From an uncultured archaeon (lineage in GTDB: Archaea; Thermoproteota; Bathyarchaeia; Bathyarchaeales; Bathycorpusculaceae), in assembly GCA_963782915.1 (NCBI GenBank), contig CAWALK010000012.1:1-64000 (forward strand): DNA of 64,000 bases, written 5' to 3'. The notes beneath the pieces were generated by a model, which worked only from the letters and a program-made list of their open reading frames with translations, searched no databases and was not told where the DNA came from. Below, in pieces: positions 40,919-51,742 of this stretch (the first letter of the stretch is position 1; every line of letters starts with the position of its first letter). Both the position numbers and the translations under genes were made by a program.

Positions 40919-41743
40919 ATGCCGACGCCCAAATACCACATCTACATAGAATACAGTGAAACGGAAAAAGGCGGATTCCGATTCAACATCACCCAAGAAG
41001 AACTAGTGCGCACTTTTTCAGAACCCTTCAGTGCCGGCAAACCCTTCTGGTTTCTGGGCAGGCTCCTTAACCCCCTCAAAGTCACTAAAACCGTCCTGTT
41101 CTGGTCCTACGAATCTGCCAACATGCTATGGTTGCCCAACCAAGAGACGCTTATAGCTGCCAAAGACAAAAAATACGTAGTAGACAGCATCGAAAAAGGG
41201 AAAGTCAAAGGCGCCTATCTTTGCACAGAAAAATATTTGGCTAAACCCCAAACAGTAACCGCACAGTCGGTAGCATCCTCTTCGGCAAAACGCAGGATCC
41301 TTGTGGTTTGTGGCGCAGACGATGAAATGAAAAAAGCAATAACCTCAGCTCTGAGTAAGCTTTGGCTCATTCCTGTCCTGTTATGTGAGGAGCCAAGCCA
41401 CGGCAGAAAACTCCTAGAACGCTCTGCAGACTATGCCGATGTCGGTTTTGCCGTGGTTTTGCTGTCGCCTGACGATTTTGCTTACGCCAAAAACGAAGAC
41501 TCTACCACACGCAAGCTTAAGCCCCGGCAAGAAGTGGTTTTCGAATTAGGCTACCTGCTGGGCAAACTCGGAAAGGCAAATGTGCTTGTTTTCTTTAAGG
41601 AATGCTTGAACTTTGAGCCGCCCACTGATTTTGAAGGCATGAAAACGGTAGCGTTTGATGCGCTTGATAGCTGGAAGCTTGCCCTCATCCGTGAACTGGG
41701 CAATAGTGGGTACGTGGTGGATGCGGGTAGGATACTGGAATAA
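40919..41743 (+). CDS. TIR-like nucleotide-binding domain protein with unknown N-terminal domain
   Basis: FAVVLLSPDD, PRQEVVFELGYLLGKLG and PTDFEG resemble CAP12/Pycsar-type TIR motifs. Confidence 0.85.
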   Translation: MPTPKYHIYIEYSETEKGGFRFNITQEELVRTFSEPFSAGKPFWFLGRLLNPLKVTKTVLFWSYESANMLWLPNQETLIAAKDKKYVVDSIEKGKVKGAYLCTEKYLAKPQTVTAQSVASSSAKRRILVVCGADDEMKKAITSALSKLWLIPVLLCEEPSHGRKLLERSADYADVGFAVVLLSPDDFAYAKNEDSTTRKLKPRQEVVFELGYLLGKLGKANVLVFFKECLNFEPPTDFEGMKTVAFDALDSWKLALIRELGNSGYVVDAGRILE

Positions 41744-41819
41744 CCCTGCGGTTGGATGCATGGGTTTTTAGGGTGTTGGGGTATGCTATCGTATACGGAA
41801 TTGAGTAGTTTATGTTAAC

Positions 41820-42182
41820 TTACTCATGTGCACCCTTGGTTTTTTGCTCTATAATAGCCAACAACTCCTGAGGCTTTACAGGTTTCAATAAGTACGCATC
41901 CGCCAATTCAGCACTATTGGACACACTCACAATAGAACTTGTGAGGACTATCCTCGCCGTTTCGTTATCCCTTTCCTTTAGCTTCTCAAGAAAGCCTAAG
42001 CCCTCAGTGTCGGATAGGCAGAAATCAACCAACGCCACATCATAATGATTCAAACCCATCTTCTGCAATGCCTCCTCTCCGCTATGCGCAACATCCGCAC
42101 TGTAACCGTTCCTCTCCAAAATCCGTTCAAACGTCCGCGTAATGCCGGCATCAGCATCGATAATCAACACTACTTTACCCAA
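41820..42182 (-). CDS. Stand-alone response regulator receiver
   Basis: VLIIDAD, LVD, LTS, YLLKP. Confidence 0.88.
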   Translation of the reverse strand: MGKVVLIIDADAGITRTFERILERNGYSADVAHSGEEALQKMGLNHYDVALVDFCLSDTEGLGFLEKLKERDNETARIVLTSSIVSVSNSAELADAYLLKPVKPQELLAIIEQKTKGAHE

Positions 42183-42327
42183 CCTTACTCCTCCTCGAGT
42201 TACCGATTAGTTGATTCTTCTCCAATCTCTCAATAAAGCTCAAAGATATAAAGCACTATTATTGAACTTGAATACTCTACAAGAACCAATATATTCCCCG
42301 AAACCCAACAAAAAACAAGCAACACGT

Positions 42328-42403
42328 GCGGCTGTAGTCTAGCTCGGTAGGACTCCAGCTTCCCAAGCTGGCTACCCGGGTTCAAATCCCGGCAACCGCA
42401 CCA
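42328..42403 (+). tRNA. tRNA-Gly(CCC) with encoded CCA
   Basis: Anticodon arm CCAGC-TTCCCAA-GCTGG, T arm CCGGG-TTCAAAT-CCCGG, 3' ACCA. Confidence 0.96.
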
Positions 42404-42501
42404 ACTCTAATTTTCACTTTCGTTTCAGGGTATATTTTATATTACGAATCAGCGCTAATGCGTTTACAATAAACAAGAAATTCAGGGGAAACGAAAGCAA
42501 A

Positions 42502-43818
42502 ATGAAAAAAACAAGAAAATTAGCAATTTTACTATTAATCAGTCTCCTATGCTTAGGAGTAACAACACAACTGTCTCAAGGGGCAACCACAGGCATATGG
42601 ACCTACGGTGAAAGCCAATACGACGGCGCAATATGCAACATTGGAATCATGGATGGCGGTCACATCATAGTCGGTAGCACAGAAGGCTACGGTGCAGTCG
42701 GTGAAGATTTATGGATGTTCAAAGTCAACAGCGACGGAGCAGTAGCTTGGAATAAGCACTATGGTGGAGCAGGCAACGAATCCGGATTCAACGTAATCGG
42801 AACAAGTGACGGCGGCTACGCGGTGGTAGGTGCCACCACCTCCTACGGAGCAGGAGAAGAGGATATTTGGCTAATAAAAACTGACTCAGAAGGTAACATG
42901 CTATGGAACCAAACCTATGGCGGCGTATACGACGATGAAGGCTGGATGCTACTCCAGACCTCTGACGGCGGCTACCTCGTAACAGGGTTAACCTGCACCT
43001 CAGAAGGCATAGCTGACGGTTGGCTACTAAAAGTCGACTCATCCGGTAACCTGCAATGGCAGAAAACCTATGGCGGAAATGGTGACGACGGTTTGTACGG
43101 CATAACAAAAACCTCTGAAGGCGGATATGTCCTGGCTGGCTTCACAAACAGCACCGGCGCAGGCAAATACGATGCTTGGGTCATAAAAGTCGATTCCGCA
43201 GGCACTCAGCAATGGGCCAAAACCTACGGCGGAGCAGACGTAGATGTAGCCTATCAGGCCTTTGAAACCACTGGCACCGATTATGTAATCGACGGCATAA
43301 CCCACTCTTTCGGTGCAGGCGAAGCCGACATATGGCTATTTATGACTGACGCAATGGGCGGCATGATGTGGAACTACACCTACGGCGGACCACAAGACGA
43401 CAGCGGCTGGTACGGCGTCAAAACACCCGACGGCTACGCATTAGGCGGCTACACATACTCTTACGGCACAAACGGTAACGCTGCGGCGTGGCTGGTTAAA
43501 GTCGATGTAAACGGCATGACAATGTGGAACAAAACCTACGGCGCAGACAAAGACTACTACGGATGGGCTGTAACACAAACCGCTGAGGGCGGCTACGCAA
43601 TATCTGGCGAAGTAGAATCTGCGGATTCATCGACGTGCCATGCGTTCCTTATTGTTACCGACGCATCAGGCGTTGCAGCAATCGAGAATGGCCCAATGGC
43701 TGGGGGAATTCCGTTTTGGATAATCGGCGCAATCATCGCAATAATAATAGTGGTATTATTGGCTGCTGTTGTTGTGCTGATGAGAAGAAAAAAGAAACAG
43801 CCTCAGCCTCAACCATAA
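42502..43818 (+). CDS. Secreted WxxTYGG-repeat (beta-propeller-like) protein with C-terminal TM
   Basis: Signal peptide; repeated W-L-x-K-x-D..W-x-x-TYGG..TSDGGY units; TM plus RRKKK. Confidence 0.88.
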   Translation: MKKTRKLAILLLISLLCLGVTTQLSQGATTGIWTYGESQYDGAICNIGIMDGGHIIVGSTEGYGAVGEDLWMFKVNSDGAVAWNKHYGGAGNESGFNVIGTSDGGYAVVGATTSYGAGEEDIWLIKTDSEGNMLWNQTYGGVYDDEGWMLLQTSDGGYLVTGLTCTSEGIADGWLLKVDSSGNLQWQKTYGGNGDDGLYGITKTSEGGYVLAGFTNSTGAGKYDAWVIKVDSAGTQQWAKTYGGADVDVAYQAFETTGTDYVIDGITHSFGAGEADIWLFMTDAMGGMMWNYTYGGPQDDSGWYGVKTPDGYALGGYTYSYGTNGNAAAWLVKVDVNGMTMWNKTYGADKDYYGWAVTQTAEGGYAISGEVESADSSTCHAFLIVTDASGVAAIENGPMAGGIPFWIIGAIIAIIIVVLLAAVVVLMRRKKKQPQPQP

Positions 43819-43844
43819 TCTTTCTTTCTTTTTCTTTTTATTTT

Positions 43845-44060
43845 TTACTGTTTTTGTCCGCATTCAGGGCAAAAATGCGCTGCTTCAGGAATTCGGTTCT
43901 TGCATTTTGGACAGATTTTTAGAATAATCTGCGGCGGTTTGAGTGCTGTGCCACAGTAGTTGCAATAGTTAGAAACTGCGGTTACCTGTGAGCCACATTT
44001 TGGGCAAATTATGTATTCGGTGTATGTTGGGACTGGAATTAGGATTGATGCAGAAAGAAT
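43845..44060 (-). CDS. Double zinc-ribbon small protein (missed by the ORF track, no canonical in-frame start)
   Basis: CPKCG..CNYCG..CPKCK..CPECGQKQ*, 71 codons open. Confidence 0.8.
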   Translation of the reverse strand: MLSASILIPVPTYTEYIICPKCGSQVTAVSNYCNYCGTALKPPQIILKICPKCKNRIPEAAHFCPECGQKQ

Positions 44061-44167
44061 TAGGCATCACCACATAAAATAGTGATAATGATGTCTTTAA
44101 CTTTTTAGCTCTGTTAAAACAGCAAAAGTTCATTTTCAAGCAGTCCCAAGTGACTAGTGAGGATGTA

Positions 44168-44881
44168 ATGAGCGAATTTTTAAAAATCATCCAACACCGC
44201 CAATCCGCCCGCATACCCTTCGACCCAAACCATCCGATACCAAAAGACCACTTAAAACTCATCTTAGAAGCCGCAAAATGGACCCCAACCGCCCACAACA
44301 TGCAAAACTACGAAATCATAGTAATCGACGACAAAGCCGTCCTTGAAGAAATCGGAAAAATCAAGCAGCACATCTCAGAAGAATTCCTCCGCGAAAACTA
44401 TGAACAACTCTCCTTCACAAAAGAGGAACTGTCAGAGAAGAAAACTGGAATTTTAGCATCTGGTTTTCCTCCAGCTTGGGTTGACCCAGCCAAAATCCCT
44501 CAAGTCGCCGCAGAAGCCGCATCTATACCGCTTACCCAATCCGTCAGGGGCAGCCCAACCCTGCTATTGGTCCTATATGATTCCCGCAAAAGAGCCCCTG
44601 CATCAGGCGGCGACGTTTTAGGCTTCATAAGTTTAGGGTGCCTTATGGAAAACATTTGGCTCATGGCTCAATCTTTGGGCGTTAGCATGCAGATTCTGAG
44701 CTCATTTGCCACTGCACCCGTTGAGACTGAACTAAAACAGCTACTAAATGCACCTGAATTCCTAAAAATTGCTTACGCATGCCGCTTAGGATACCCAACA
44801 GCAGCAACCAAAAGCTTCAGGGTCCGCCGCAACATAGAAGACTTCACCCATCACAACAAGTTCGGCACCAAAGGCATCTAA
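44168..44881 (+). CDS. Nitroreductase family protein
   Basis: RQSAR, ILEAAKWTPTAHNMQ, ENIWLMAQSLG, LGYP. Confidence 0.9.
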   Translation: MSEFLKIIQHRQSARIPFDPNHPIPKDHLKLILEAAKWTPTAHNMQNYEIIVIDDKAVLEEIGKIKQHISEEFLRENYEQLSFTKEELSEKKTGILASGFPPAWVDPAKIPQVAAEAASIPLTQSVRGSPTLLLVLYDSRKRAPASGGDVLGFISLGCLMENIWLMAQSLGVSMQILSSFATAPVETELKQLLNAPEFLKIAYACRLGYPTAATKSFRVRRNIEDFTHHNKFGTKGI

Positions 44882-44949
44882 TCCGTTGCTGATTCTCTCC
44901 AATCACAAAGTATTATTATCCTTTTGCAGATTGTTGTTTTGGTGAATTT

Positions 44950-45180
44950 TTGGGTAATATAGTTCCAGACAATCAAGAAAACGTACAGCTTTGCATATGC
45001 CCTTCTTGTCAAACATACACGAAATCGAAGTTAACGGATACTCTTTTTTGTGCTAGGGGTAAAGCGAAAGAAAAAGCCAAATCCGATGGTTGCACTTGCC
45101 CCACTTGCCCAGTCTGGAAAAATGATTCGCTAAACCAAATGTATTACTGTATCCAGGGCAAATCCACAGATATTAAGTGA
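44950..45180 (+). CDS. Cys-rich small protein (DUF2769-like)
   Basis: CICPSCQTY..LFCARGK..CTCPTCPV..YYC. Confidence 0.75.
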   Translation: MGNIVPDNQENVQLCICPSCQTYTKSKLTDTLFCARGKAKEKAKSDGCTCPTCPVWKNDSLNQMYYCIQGKSTDIK

Positions 45181-45188
45181 TAACTTGC

Positions 45189-46181
45189 CTATTTTTTCTG
45201 TGTTTGTTTCTTGTAGACGACAGCCAACACGATGACAGCTAACATTATGGCTATTAGGATTTGGATTGCTGGGAATTCTGGTGCTGTTGGCGTCTGGGAA
45301 GGCGTAATAGTGGGTGATGTTGCAGGCGTTGGCGCCGCAGTGGGACTGGCGGTTGGAGTTGGCGTTACTGCAGGGCTTACTGCCGAAGTAGGCGTTGGTG
45401 CAGGCGATGAGTCCATATAGAGCGTATGCAAAACATCCGCAACGGCATTCACAGCCAGATTCAGCGATTCCCCACAACGGTCCTTAAAACTGCGACTGCT
45501 CCAATCGTAATTGGCATTCATCCAAGTACATGTTAAGGAGCCGCTATCCCCAAAAGTGGTGTTGTAAGCAATATTTTTCGCCGCGTCAAATGCGGAACCA
45601 GTGGTTAGGCTGCCGTCGAAATGCAAGTACACATCAAAGCTTGAATCATACATATCGGTTTTATCGGTTACGTAGTTTTCATAGTTTGAATGTGTATTGT
45701 CGCCTTCTGCACCCCAATCGGTGTTCACACCCATAACATGCCCAAACACTGCTACATCTGCAATGTAGTGGGTCATTGTTCCAGCAGTTCTTGAGGCGTT
45801 CACGAAGTCATTGGCTTTTAGAAACGCCAAGGCTTTGCCATATTCGGTTTGGGCTCGCTGTGCAGAAGCATTATCCATCAAGACGCCTGCAGCCGAGTAG
45901 TAAACATGGTGTTTTGTGGTGTCGCCGATGCCGCCTTGAGTGGTTGGGAGATCGGGCAATTCTGTGCCATAGAGGTAAGTTGCTAAATTGCCGGTGATGT
46001 ACTGTTTTTCCTCTGCTGGGAGGTAATCGAGGGCGTGCTGGGCTATCCAGTCATGGGTTCCATAGTCGGGGTGGGTTGTGTCTGCTGAGTAGCCGCCGTT
46101 GCTCCAGCACAATGCAGGCGACAGACTGGCTAAGAGAGCTGCTGTCAAAAGGATTGGTAGAATAATTCTAGTGATCTTCAA
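45189..46181 (-). CDS. Zn-dependent phospholipase C/S1-P1 nuclease family surface protein with PEF-CTERM-like tail
   Basis: Signal peptide then WSNGG..THDWIA, PD, HH, HYIAD..GH, H..YE; P/T linker; PEFP-TM-basic tail. Confidence 0.85.
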   Translation of the reverse strand: MKITRIILPILLTAALLASLSPALCWSNGGYSADTTHPDYGTHDWIAQHALDYLPAEEKQYITGNLATYLYGTELPDLPTTQGGIGDTTKHHVYYSAAGVLMDNASAQRAQTEYGKALAFLKANDFVNASRTAGTMTHYIADVAVFGHVMGVNTDWGAEGDNTHSNYENYVTDKTDMYDSSFDVYLHFDGSLTTGSAFDAAKNIAYNTTFGDSGSLTCTWMNANYDWSSRSFKDRCGESLNLAVNAVADVLHTLYMDSSPAPTPTSAVSPAVTPTPTASPTAAPTPATSPTITPSQTPTAPEFPAIQILIAIMLAVIVLAVVYKKQTQKK

Positions 46182-46334
46182 CTGTTTGCTTCACTCAGAC
46201 CCTGCCTATGCCTTTGACCGCTTAAATGCTTTATCAATCAAGCCCCCGCTATGTTACCCGCACATCACTGCTACAAACAACCATTAGCAAACAATTTTTT
46301 ACCTTGAAACCCTTAACATAAACTGGGAATACCA

Positions 46335-46697
46335 ATGACTGTTTTTCTTGTAAGAACCTACGTTGTTAAACCAGACAAACTCAGTGAACACAATGCTTGG
46401 GGCAAAAAGCTGGTGTCTTCGATGAAGAAGCAGCCGAACCTGTTTAGGGGTGTTAAGTCGCTTAGGGTTTTAAGCCACAAATATGGCGGATGTGTCGGCG
46501 GGTTTACGGCTATGTGGAAATTTGAGAGTTTAGCCGAGGCTGAATCGTGGGAGAACGGTTTTGTTGAGGTTGTGGGGCAGCCTAATTTGCGTTCTGAATT
46601 TATGGATTTGATTGTGCCGGGGTCGTATTCTGAAGTTATCTGGGAACCGGTGAGAACTATTAATCGTAAATCCAAAAAACAACGCTGTCTCCCATAG
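46335..46697 (+). CDS. NIPSNAP-like/dimeric alpha-beta barrel protein
   Basis: RTYVVKPDK..WKFESLAEAE. Confidence 0.6.
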   Translation: MTVFLVRTYVVKPDKLSEHNAWGKKLVSSMKKQPNLFRGVKSLRVLSHKYGGCVGGFTAMWKFESLAEAESWENGFVEVVGQPNLRSEFMDLIVPGSYSEVIWEPVRTINRKSKKQRCLP

Positions 46698-46831
46698 CTG
46701 ATCCGCTATCTTGGAATCGCACGGGTGGCAAACGTGCACTAAGCACAAGCTAAACCCAACAAGCATTGCATTTGCATAGTGAATATTCAATGAATGCCGT
46801 TGTTTCATTGGGGTTAAGCTGCATTTGTTAT

Positions 46832-46869
46832 TCTATATATAAGGGAGGGGGGTCCTCGGCAGAGCAACA
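46832..46869 (-). repeat. CCCCCTCCCTTATATATAGA motif family copy
   Basis: Reverse complement TGTTGCTCTGCCGAggacCCCCCTCCCTTATATATAGA is nearly identical to 62634-62671. Confidence 0.75.
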
Positions 46870-46884
46870 AAGCTTAGTACCGCT

Positions 46885-49209
46885 TCATCTTAGGATTTTA
46901 AAAATCACATATCGGTCGTTAGAGTAAACCAACTGCAACAGCTTGCTGTTAATCACCTGAGTATCCAACTCATTCTTGTCATACACAATGAAGCCGATGT
47001 TGTTGGCTGCGATGTAATAACTAAAGTCCCGTGATTTAACCGCAAACTCTGCTGCTTTATAATCGAATAATCCCTGCAGCGCTTCACGGTTAAGTGTGGG
47101 ATAACTGCTCCCTGACAAAGACAACTCCTGATAAGACCTCATAACCGTCTGGTTAGCTGCGATGTCGCCGAAGTTGTATTGGAACCTGACTGCATCAATT
47201 TGGCGATTGCCCAATGCACCGATGTTTCCCCAATCAGGCAAATCCACAAACTTGAACGCAAACCCAATCTGGTTAGTGCCATCGTATACGCCAAGGTAGT
47301 TATCTTTCAAGTTTACACCTGCAAAAGAAGCCACTGCCCACGAATTTTGCTCCCCATAGTTTCCGTTTGCTGTCTTGATGGGTGCAGGTGCATCCCAAGG
47401 ATTAACCCAATCCAACAAACCCGGAATATCCGCTTGTTCAAACTGCCAACGCAAATCAAAATTCGTCGTTAAATACAAACTGGCATCGCTAACTTGACCC
47501 TTAAGCGGAGTCAAAGTCCAAGACACGTCTAAGGGGTAACTGGTGTTTTGGATGGTTATGGTTTTGGTTACTTCTATGTCGTTGTTTGAGAAAACAAACG
47601 TTAAGCTTTTGGGCGAAGTTTGGTTTTGGAAAACGATTTCTTTGCTTAACTCTGAAAGCCGATACTCATGGTTCACGCCGTTTAAGGTGTAGTTGAGGGC
47701 GTCGCCGCTTCCCGAAGTAGATGAAACCCGAGTCCAAATCTCATCTATAGAAACATAGTTCTCATCTAGCGTGTCGCCTTTGGCTTGGTAGGCTTTAAAC
47801 AAAGTTTGTGGGTGCTCCAACTCATAGGATAAAGTCAAAACAGCTTCAGCGATTTCTGTTCGCTGCACCGTCAAATCCGTCTGCGCAATCACATCTTTGC
47901 CCGAGAATTCTTGGAACCAGAACCCAGGAACCTCAGTTGCAACCACCGTGGTATTCTCCGGATAGTGCTCTTTTAGCCAGAGCCCTGCATCCATCGCTTT
48001 CAAATCAGTAGTGGAATAATAAACGCCGGCTTCCATTATTCTGCCGTAAACTATGTCGGAACGGTAAACAACCATCACAGACATAGCAACGATTAAGCAC
48101 ACTACCACGGTTCTGACCCAATTTTTCTTGAAAGCAGATCGATGTTTACCATAAAACGCCCAGACTCTATCGCCGGCGAATACAACAGTGACAGCCGCAA
48201 GAATCGCCAACGGCGCAGTCATGTAATAGATGAACCAACCAAACGGCATATAGAAACCGACTAAGTAGGATTCAGCGAAGAAGAACGGCACAAACAAAGC
48301 CAGTACCAATATGAGCCAATACAGAGGCTTCTTCTGCTTACGCAGCAAATAAAAAGAGATTCCCACACCGGCTAGTCCCAGGAAGAAAATAAACCCATAA
48401 TTAGTCATCAAAGCACTAAAGCCGGCTGCCGGAATCTGGTAAGCATACGTTTTAATCGCAAAAAAAACGTAGAGGATGACTAAGTCAAGGTAGGCGAACA
48501 TAGCTTGGAAATAGTAGAGGAAAAACGCTATACCACCGCCAAAAACTAAGGCGAGGACAACTTTGAGGTTTTTACCCCGCGATTTTATGAGCATAAACAA
48601 AAGAATCGGCGGCATAATGAACGCTGCCAAAAACGCTCCTAACTGGTGACCTAGCACAAGCGAGAAAGCCGCAAAAAACGCGACTACAAGATAACCTAAC
48701 TTATCCACCGCTAAAGGCGTGTACAATAGCACCAAAAGCATAAACGCCAACGCCAAAACCGTTGTGTAACCGCCAAACTGGTTAGCTTCAAACACCGGAA
48801 AACACATCAGCAACAAAACAACTGCTACCATGGCAACTTTTTTGTTAAAAAATCGGCTGGCAACCAAATAAACTGACATGAACAGCAGCCAATCCATAAC
48901 CGCCGTCAGAACTCTCAGAACAACGATGTACTGCCCAATTTCAGCTGCACCGGTGAAAGAGATGATCATGGCAAGGACAATCTGGTACATCGGCGGCGTC
49001 CAACCCAAATTAGCCAAAGAGATTTCGCCTGTGTTTAGGAAAATCTGGGCTTTCTCAAGATGCACCGCTGGGTCATTGCCCAATACTACACCATTCATTG
49101 AGATGACGATGTAGAATGTGGCAAGGATAATCACTGAGAAAACGGTTATGAAGGCTACTTCAATTTTTTTTTCTTTGGGCATTGCGTTTAGCAAGGCGAC
49201 TTTGTTCAC
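46885..49209 (-). CDS. Polytopic GT-C-like membrane protein with large extracellular domain
   Basis: GNDPAVH and TPP in the first loop, many TM helices, C-terminal LVYSNDRYVIFK. Confidence 0.75.
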   Translation of the reverse strand: MNKVALLNAMPKEKKIEVAFITVFSVIILATFYIVISMNGVVLGNDPAVHLEKAQIFLNTGEISLANLGWTPPMYQIVLAMIISFTGAAEIGQYIVVLRVLTAVMDWLLFMSVYLVASRFFNKKVAMVAVVLLLMCFPVFEANQFGGYTTVLALAFMLLVLLYTPLAVDKLGYLVVAFFAAFSLVLGHQLGAFLAAFIMPPILLFMLIKSRGKNLKVVLALVFGGGIAFFLYYFQAMFAYLDLVILYVFFAIKTYAYQIPAAGFSALMTNYGFIFFLGLAGVGISFYLLRKQKKPLYWLILVLALFVPFFFAESYLVGFYMPFGWFIYYMTAPLAILAAVTVVFAGDRVWAFYGKHRSAFKKNWVRTVVVCLIVAMSVMVVYRSDIVYGRIMEAGVYYSTTDLKAMDAGLWLKEHYPENTTVVATEVPGFWFQEFSGKDVIAQTDLTVQRTEIAEAVLTLSYELEHPQTLFKAYQAKGDTLDENYVSIDEIWTRVSSTSGSGDALNYTLNGVNHEYRLSELSKEIVFQNQTSPKSLTFVFSNNDIEVTKTITIQNTSYPLDVSWTLTPLKGQVSDASLYLTTNFDLRWQFEQADIPGLLDWVNPWDAPAPIKTANGNYGEQNSWAVASFAGVNLKDNYLGVYDGTNQIGFAFKFVDLPDWGNIGALGNRQIDAVRFQYNFGDIAANQTVMRSYQELSLSGSSYPTLNREALQGLFDYKAAEFAVKSRDFSYYIAANNIGFIVYDKNELDTQVINSKLLQLVYSNDRYVIFKILR

Positions 49210-51635
49210 CCTTGATTGAGGTCCCCATTTACCTTGTAGATTGCTACTTCTTCGTTAATAAAGACAAGGCTAAACAAGGGGTCATAGACGGAATTTGTGG
49301 TAAACATCGATTTTCAGTTTTATCTGGGATATCATTTTTACTGCAATCCGCAAAGCAATGTAAGAGATGTCGGCGATTGATCAAGTTCTTGCTGATAATC
49401 AAAGACCGTAAAGCCATGATCTACAGGTATGCAATCCATTGATGTACCTAGGTTGTTTTTAACGATTTCGTCAAGAAATAGTTATCCCTTGCATGTTGAT
49501 TCAACGTAGTAGCTTGGATCATTAGATACTGAGTATGCGCCCATGCAAGCAGCTGAAATTGACGCTTGAGTCTTGCTTTGGGCAAAGAAGTATGTATACA
49601 TCAACTGGTTTTACGGTTGATCACTTACTTTTGAGCGGATGCAATGGTTTCTGGGTACTGTATTGAAAATCAGTTGACCAAATGACTTCATGCCTATATC
49701 CACCAAACCAATGTTCGAATTGTCATCACTATATTACTTGGTGAACCTGTTCGTTTGAATTTCCATGTTAAATCGTCTAAAGTTACGAGAATGCAGGGTT
49801 AGTCAGTACTAATTATTGTCAGTTATTTACAAATCTGTGACACCTCGTAAGTGTGGTTAATAGTGTGTAATTGAAGTCATCATTGCCATGAGTGACGATA
49901 ATGGTGGCAGTGTTGGCTGTCATTTTCCATATGCATATCTATAACTGGAAGGTCTTCAACGGATGACATTAGTTCGGTTGTTATACGCCATTTATTTGGT
50001 ACTCCATATGGCGTAGTTGTTAAAATTGAAGAATGGGTATGGATAGTATGTCCAGTTTTGTTTAACTAAAATCTCTGGGTTATGCCTTAAAGATATCCGC
50101 CGTCTTCCCGAACTTGGATATAATTGTTATCAATTAAATAATCAGTATCCAAGTAATTTACTGGCGAAGGTGGCATTATCCACTTCACGTTTAAGCGGTC
50201 AAATATGCAGGCTCAACAGCACTCAAAGTTGGCCGCTGCGCAAACCCGCCAAACCACCAACCATACCATGCATCAGCAACAAACACCGCATCCTTCAGTT
50301 GTATTCTGTTTAAGCCCACTGCAGCTTCCCAATTTGGGCTATCCATCGTTTGATAGAAGTTCTGGAAGACTGTCCCAACATTGATAAAAGTGGCTGTCAT
50401 AAAAATTGGTAAAGCAACAAAACGAGAAAACAAGAAAATTAACACAAAAATACTGGTAAAGATTCTTCTGTGTCGAAGCAGTTGATATTCGTCTTGAAGC
50501 GTTTATGCAAGTATTTCTCTGTGCGTTGGATTCCTGTTAACCTTTATTTGGTTAACGTCCAGATTGACTGTACCCTGTATCTGTCGATCTCGAGTGCAAA
50601 AGTTTCTGAGCCATAATCAATCAGAACCGCCAATAAACATCAACAATTGGCAGAACCAAGAAGTAAAGAAAACGGTTATAATCAAAGCGGAAACTCAACC
50701 AAGTAGCCTTGAGTAAAAATTAATGACACAAAAACCCAGACTGCAACAGAAAAGTTGGAATCGTGAACCATCTGTTGAAAATATTTTAAAGAGAACAGCG
50801 AAAGCTGGCAACTACACCGAAAAGCGGTAATAACCAACGGCAGATTTAAGGTAAGATGCTTTCCGATGTCGCTGAGCCAGTTGAGCATTAGAACATACTT
50901 ACACTTGAAGATAAGCTGGTATAACTTGAATAAGGAATGGTGAAACCAAGCAACGCACCAATATACAATTGGTAGAATCCAGTAAAGAACATTTTTCTCT
51001 TAGCTCCCATGTTTTTAGGCAAGAGCAAAACAAAGAGAACAGCGGGTGCTAAAATGGCAACAAACATCGCTGCACTCAACGAATGGGTTAGGAAGAATGA
51101 GCCTACCAAAATTGATGTGGAAACAAAAAAGGGCACTTTTGAGAAACGATCTTTTTCTAGATACAGATAGAAAGTTAGGGGAATAAGCAATAAAGTTATG
51201 ACGTTGGGGTATCCTGCCCACAGCAGCATTTCTATATCAAACCGTGAAATAATCGCCAAAAAGGCAACGATATAAGCGGCTGAAGTAGACCATACCCGTT
51301 TCGTTACCAGAAACGCGCATAACACAATGAGTGAAGAGAACAATGAGACAACTGCTGCATGTGCAACATACTCCTGGCAGCCCCGTGAGCATAATTACGC
51401 TTGCAGTAAAGATGTGGTAGCCTGGAAAAGTCAGCGATATCCGCCGCCAATGTGGTAGAAGTTATAAAGAAAATCCACATTAGCCCGAGCCAGTTATCGA
51501 GTAAATAACGCTATTATGCAAGCCTATGTCTGCGCCTGGCGGAAACCCCGCCCAAAGCATCAAAAGCATACGATACACAAACGAGAAAGTGAAAATTAAC
51601 AACAGCACGATGTATGATCTGTTTGCTTTGAGCAT
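49206..51635 (-). pseudogene. Second GT-C-like membrane protein, heavily frameshifted
   Basis: N-terminus MLKANRSY..FPPGADIGLH; fragments WAGYPN, THSLS, VADAWYGWW; C-terminus FSLVFINEEVAIYKV; stop overlaps the next GTG. Confidence 0.7.
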
Positions 51636-51742
51636 TTACTTTCCCGCTTAATATGCCAAGGTTTGAATTATTGGTAAAAGGTTAAATATGAAACTCGAGT
51701 ATAAAAACCCCCAGAGTATCAAAAGGAAAAAAGGTGTTTAAT

